Source: Tubulanus polymorphus (lineage: Eukaryota > Animalia > Nemertea). From it: a stretch of DNA of 64,000 nucleotides. The stretch lies in contig NC_134033.1 of the NCBI RefSeq assembly GCF_964204645.1, forward strand, positions 3,182,131-3,246,130, read 5' to 3'. This document shows, one piece after another, positions 62,659 to 64,000 of the stretch. Made by a program: the position numbers and the translations under genes. Below the pieces are notes generated by a model. That model saw nothing but the letters and a program-made list of their open reading frames with translations, was not told the origin of the DNA and made no database searches. Within the stretch, counting starts at the first letter, position 1. Each line of letters begins with the position of its first letter.

Positions 62659-62782
62659 CAGTTCAGTTGAACAGAGCAGACGCATCGAACGCAGACGCAT
62701 CGAACGCATAGAACACACAGCAGCAGACGCATCGAGCACACAGCAGCAGACGCATCGAACGCTTCAAACCAACCTCTACACG

Positions 62783-63133
62783 ATGGACGAAATACAACAA
62801 ATGGAAACAGCGCCCCCTGCCGGTGACCGCATCGACTACTACATGAGCGTCGTGCACCGCATCGCCGAGCTCGAGTCGAAGTTCGTTGGCGTCGTGCGCG
62901 CGATCGCCGTGCTCGATCGCAAACTTGACCGCGTCGAGACGCAGTTCAAACGCGCGACGCGAGACGACAACAAGTCGTGCCGATTCACGCGGCGTCTGCA
63001 ACTCGCGAGTATCGAGGGCGTGCGACACGTCCATTACATCTACGCGCAGAAGGTCGCGCTCGAGATGGAGCGCATGAACGTGCTGTGCGCCGAGATACAA
63101 CGCGACTCCGTCAGCTTCAACGCGCGCAACTGA
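62783..63133 (+). CDS. Intronless uncharacterised 116-aa alpha-helical protein (paralog B), nested antisense in the GCKIII intron
   Basis: ACGATGG start, GC/CpG-rich ORF, canonical TATA-Inr promoter, and clear homology to 53706..54035. Confidence 0.87.
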   Translation: MDEIQQMETAPPAGDRIDYYMSVVHRIAELESKFVGVVRAIAVLDRKLDRVETQFKRATRDDNKSCRFTRRLQLASIEGVRHVHYIYAQKVALEMERMNVLCAEIQRDSVSFNARN

Positions 63134-63346
63134 GATACCGGCGGCGACACCTGGTGGCGTTGATAGCGGTGACACCTAGAAGGTGTAATCGGTACTAATA
63201 CGCTCGGTCAAACGGTCCTTCTCAGGACCAATCAAACGTCCCAGAAATAGATCATTCATAAAACCGGTCAAAACCCGTATTAAACCCAATATCAATTTTG
63301 ATATTTCTAAAACACTTTTTGAGTTAAAGTTCTCAAACCGTTGACT

Positions 63347-64000
63347 AAGTATTTGACACAAACTCGGGGTAGAATTTTAGCGGTCTCAACTTAACCGCAG
63401 TAAGAGACAGAGTCTACTGTATTTCACAAACTCTTACTCAGTATTTGACACCAATTCGGGGTAGAATTTTACCGGTCTCAACTTAACCGCAGTAAGAGAC
63501 AGAGTCTACTGTATTTCACAAACTCTTATTCAGTATTTGACACCAACTCGGGGTAGAATTTTACCGGTCTCAACTTTACCGCAGTAAGAGACAAGAGTCT
63601 ACTGTATTTCACAAACTCTTACTCACTATTTGACACAAACTCGGGGTAGAATTTTACCGGTCTCAACTTTACCACAGTAAGAGACAGAGTCTACTGTATT
63701 TCACAAACTCTTACTCAGTATTTGACACCAACTCGGGGTAGAATTTTACCGGTCTCAACTTTACCGCAGTAAGAGACAGAGTCTACTGTATTTCACAAAC
63801 TCTTACTCAGTATTTGACACCAACTCGGGGTAGAATTTACTGCAGTAAGAGACAGAGTCTACTGTATTTCACAAACTCTTACTCAGTATTTGACACCAAC
63901 TCGGGGTAGAATTTACCGCAGTAAGAGACAGAGTCTACTGTATTTCACAAACTCTTACTCAGTATTTGACACCAACTCGGGGTAGAATTTTACCGGTCTC
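63347..64000. repeat. ~91-bp tandem repeat running off the window end
   Basis: TATTTGACAC..ACTCGGGGTAGAATTT recurs at about 63350, 63442, 63533 and onward. Later units carry a short deletion. Confidence 0.92.

Noticed and set aside
62663-63198. ORFs 62663..63175 (-), 62886..63077 and 62977..63198, and likewise 53852..54199 and 53572..53832
   Set aside because: By-products of GC-rich coding sequence. Only the frames called as CDS show mutual protein homology and promoter support.

Overview
Eukaryotic animal genomic DNA: AT-rich, with GT-AG introns and many MITEs and minisatellites. The gene content suggests a lophotrochozoan or other marine invertebrate (inference). From left to right: (1) two tandem, nearly identical, intron-poor GRL101-type (LGR type C) receptor genes with an extended CUB + C-type-lectin + LDLa + LRR ectodomain; copy 1 is cut by the window edge and copy 2 is complete at about 1936 aa. 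A frameshifted F-type lectin pseudogene and a MITE lie between them. (2) A 50-bp tandem array in which every unit carries a Pol III B-box. (3) A candidate multi-exon non-coding transcript on the - strand, divergent from the next gene. (4) A complete 14-exon XRRA1 gene on + (771 aa) with an RFX X-box promoter. (5) The 3' part of a GCKIII (STK24/25/26) kinase gene on -, convergent with XRRA1. Its >15-kb intron (48.6 kb to the window end) hosts two divergently oriented, intronless, TATA-driven paralogous genes for an uncharacterised ~110-aa helical protein family. These nested genes are the most novel-looking element. All exon boundaries were read by hand and checked for frame. Homology calls rest on remembered family motifs, not database searches.
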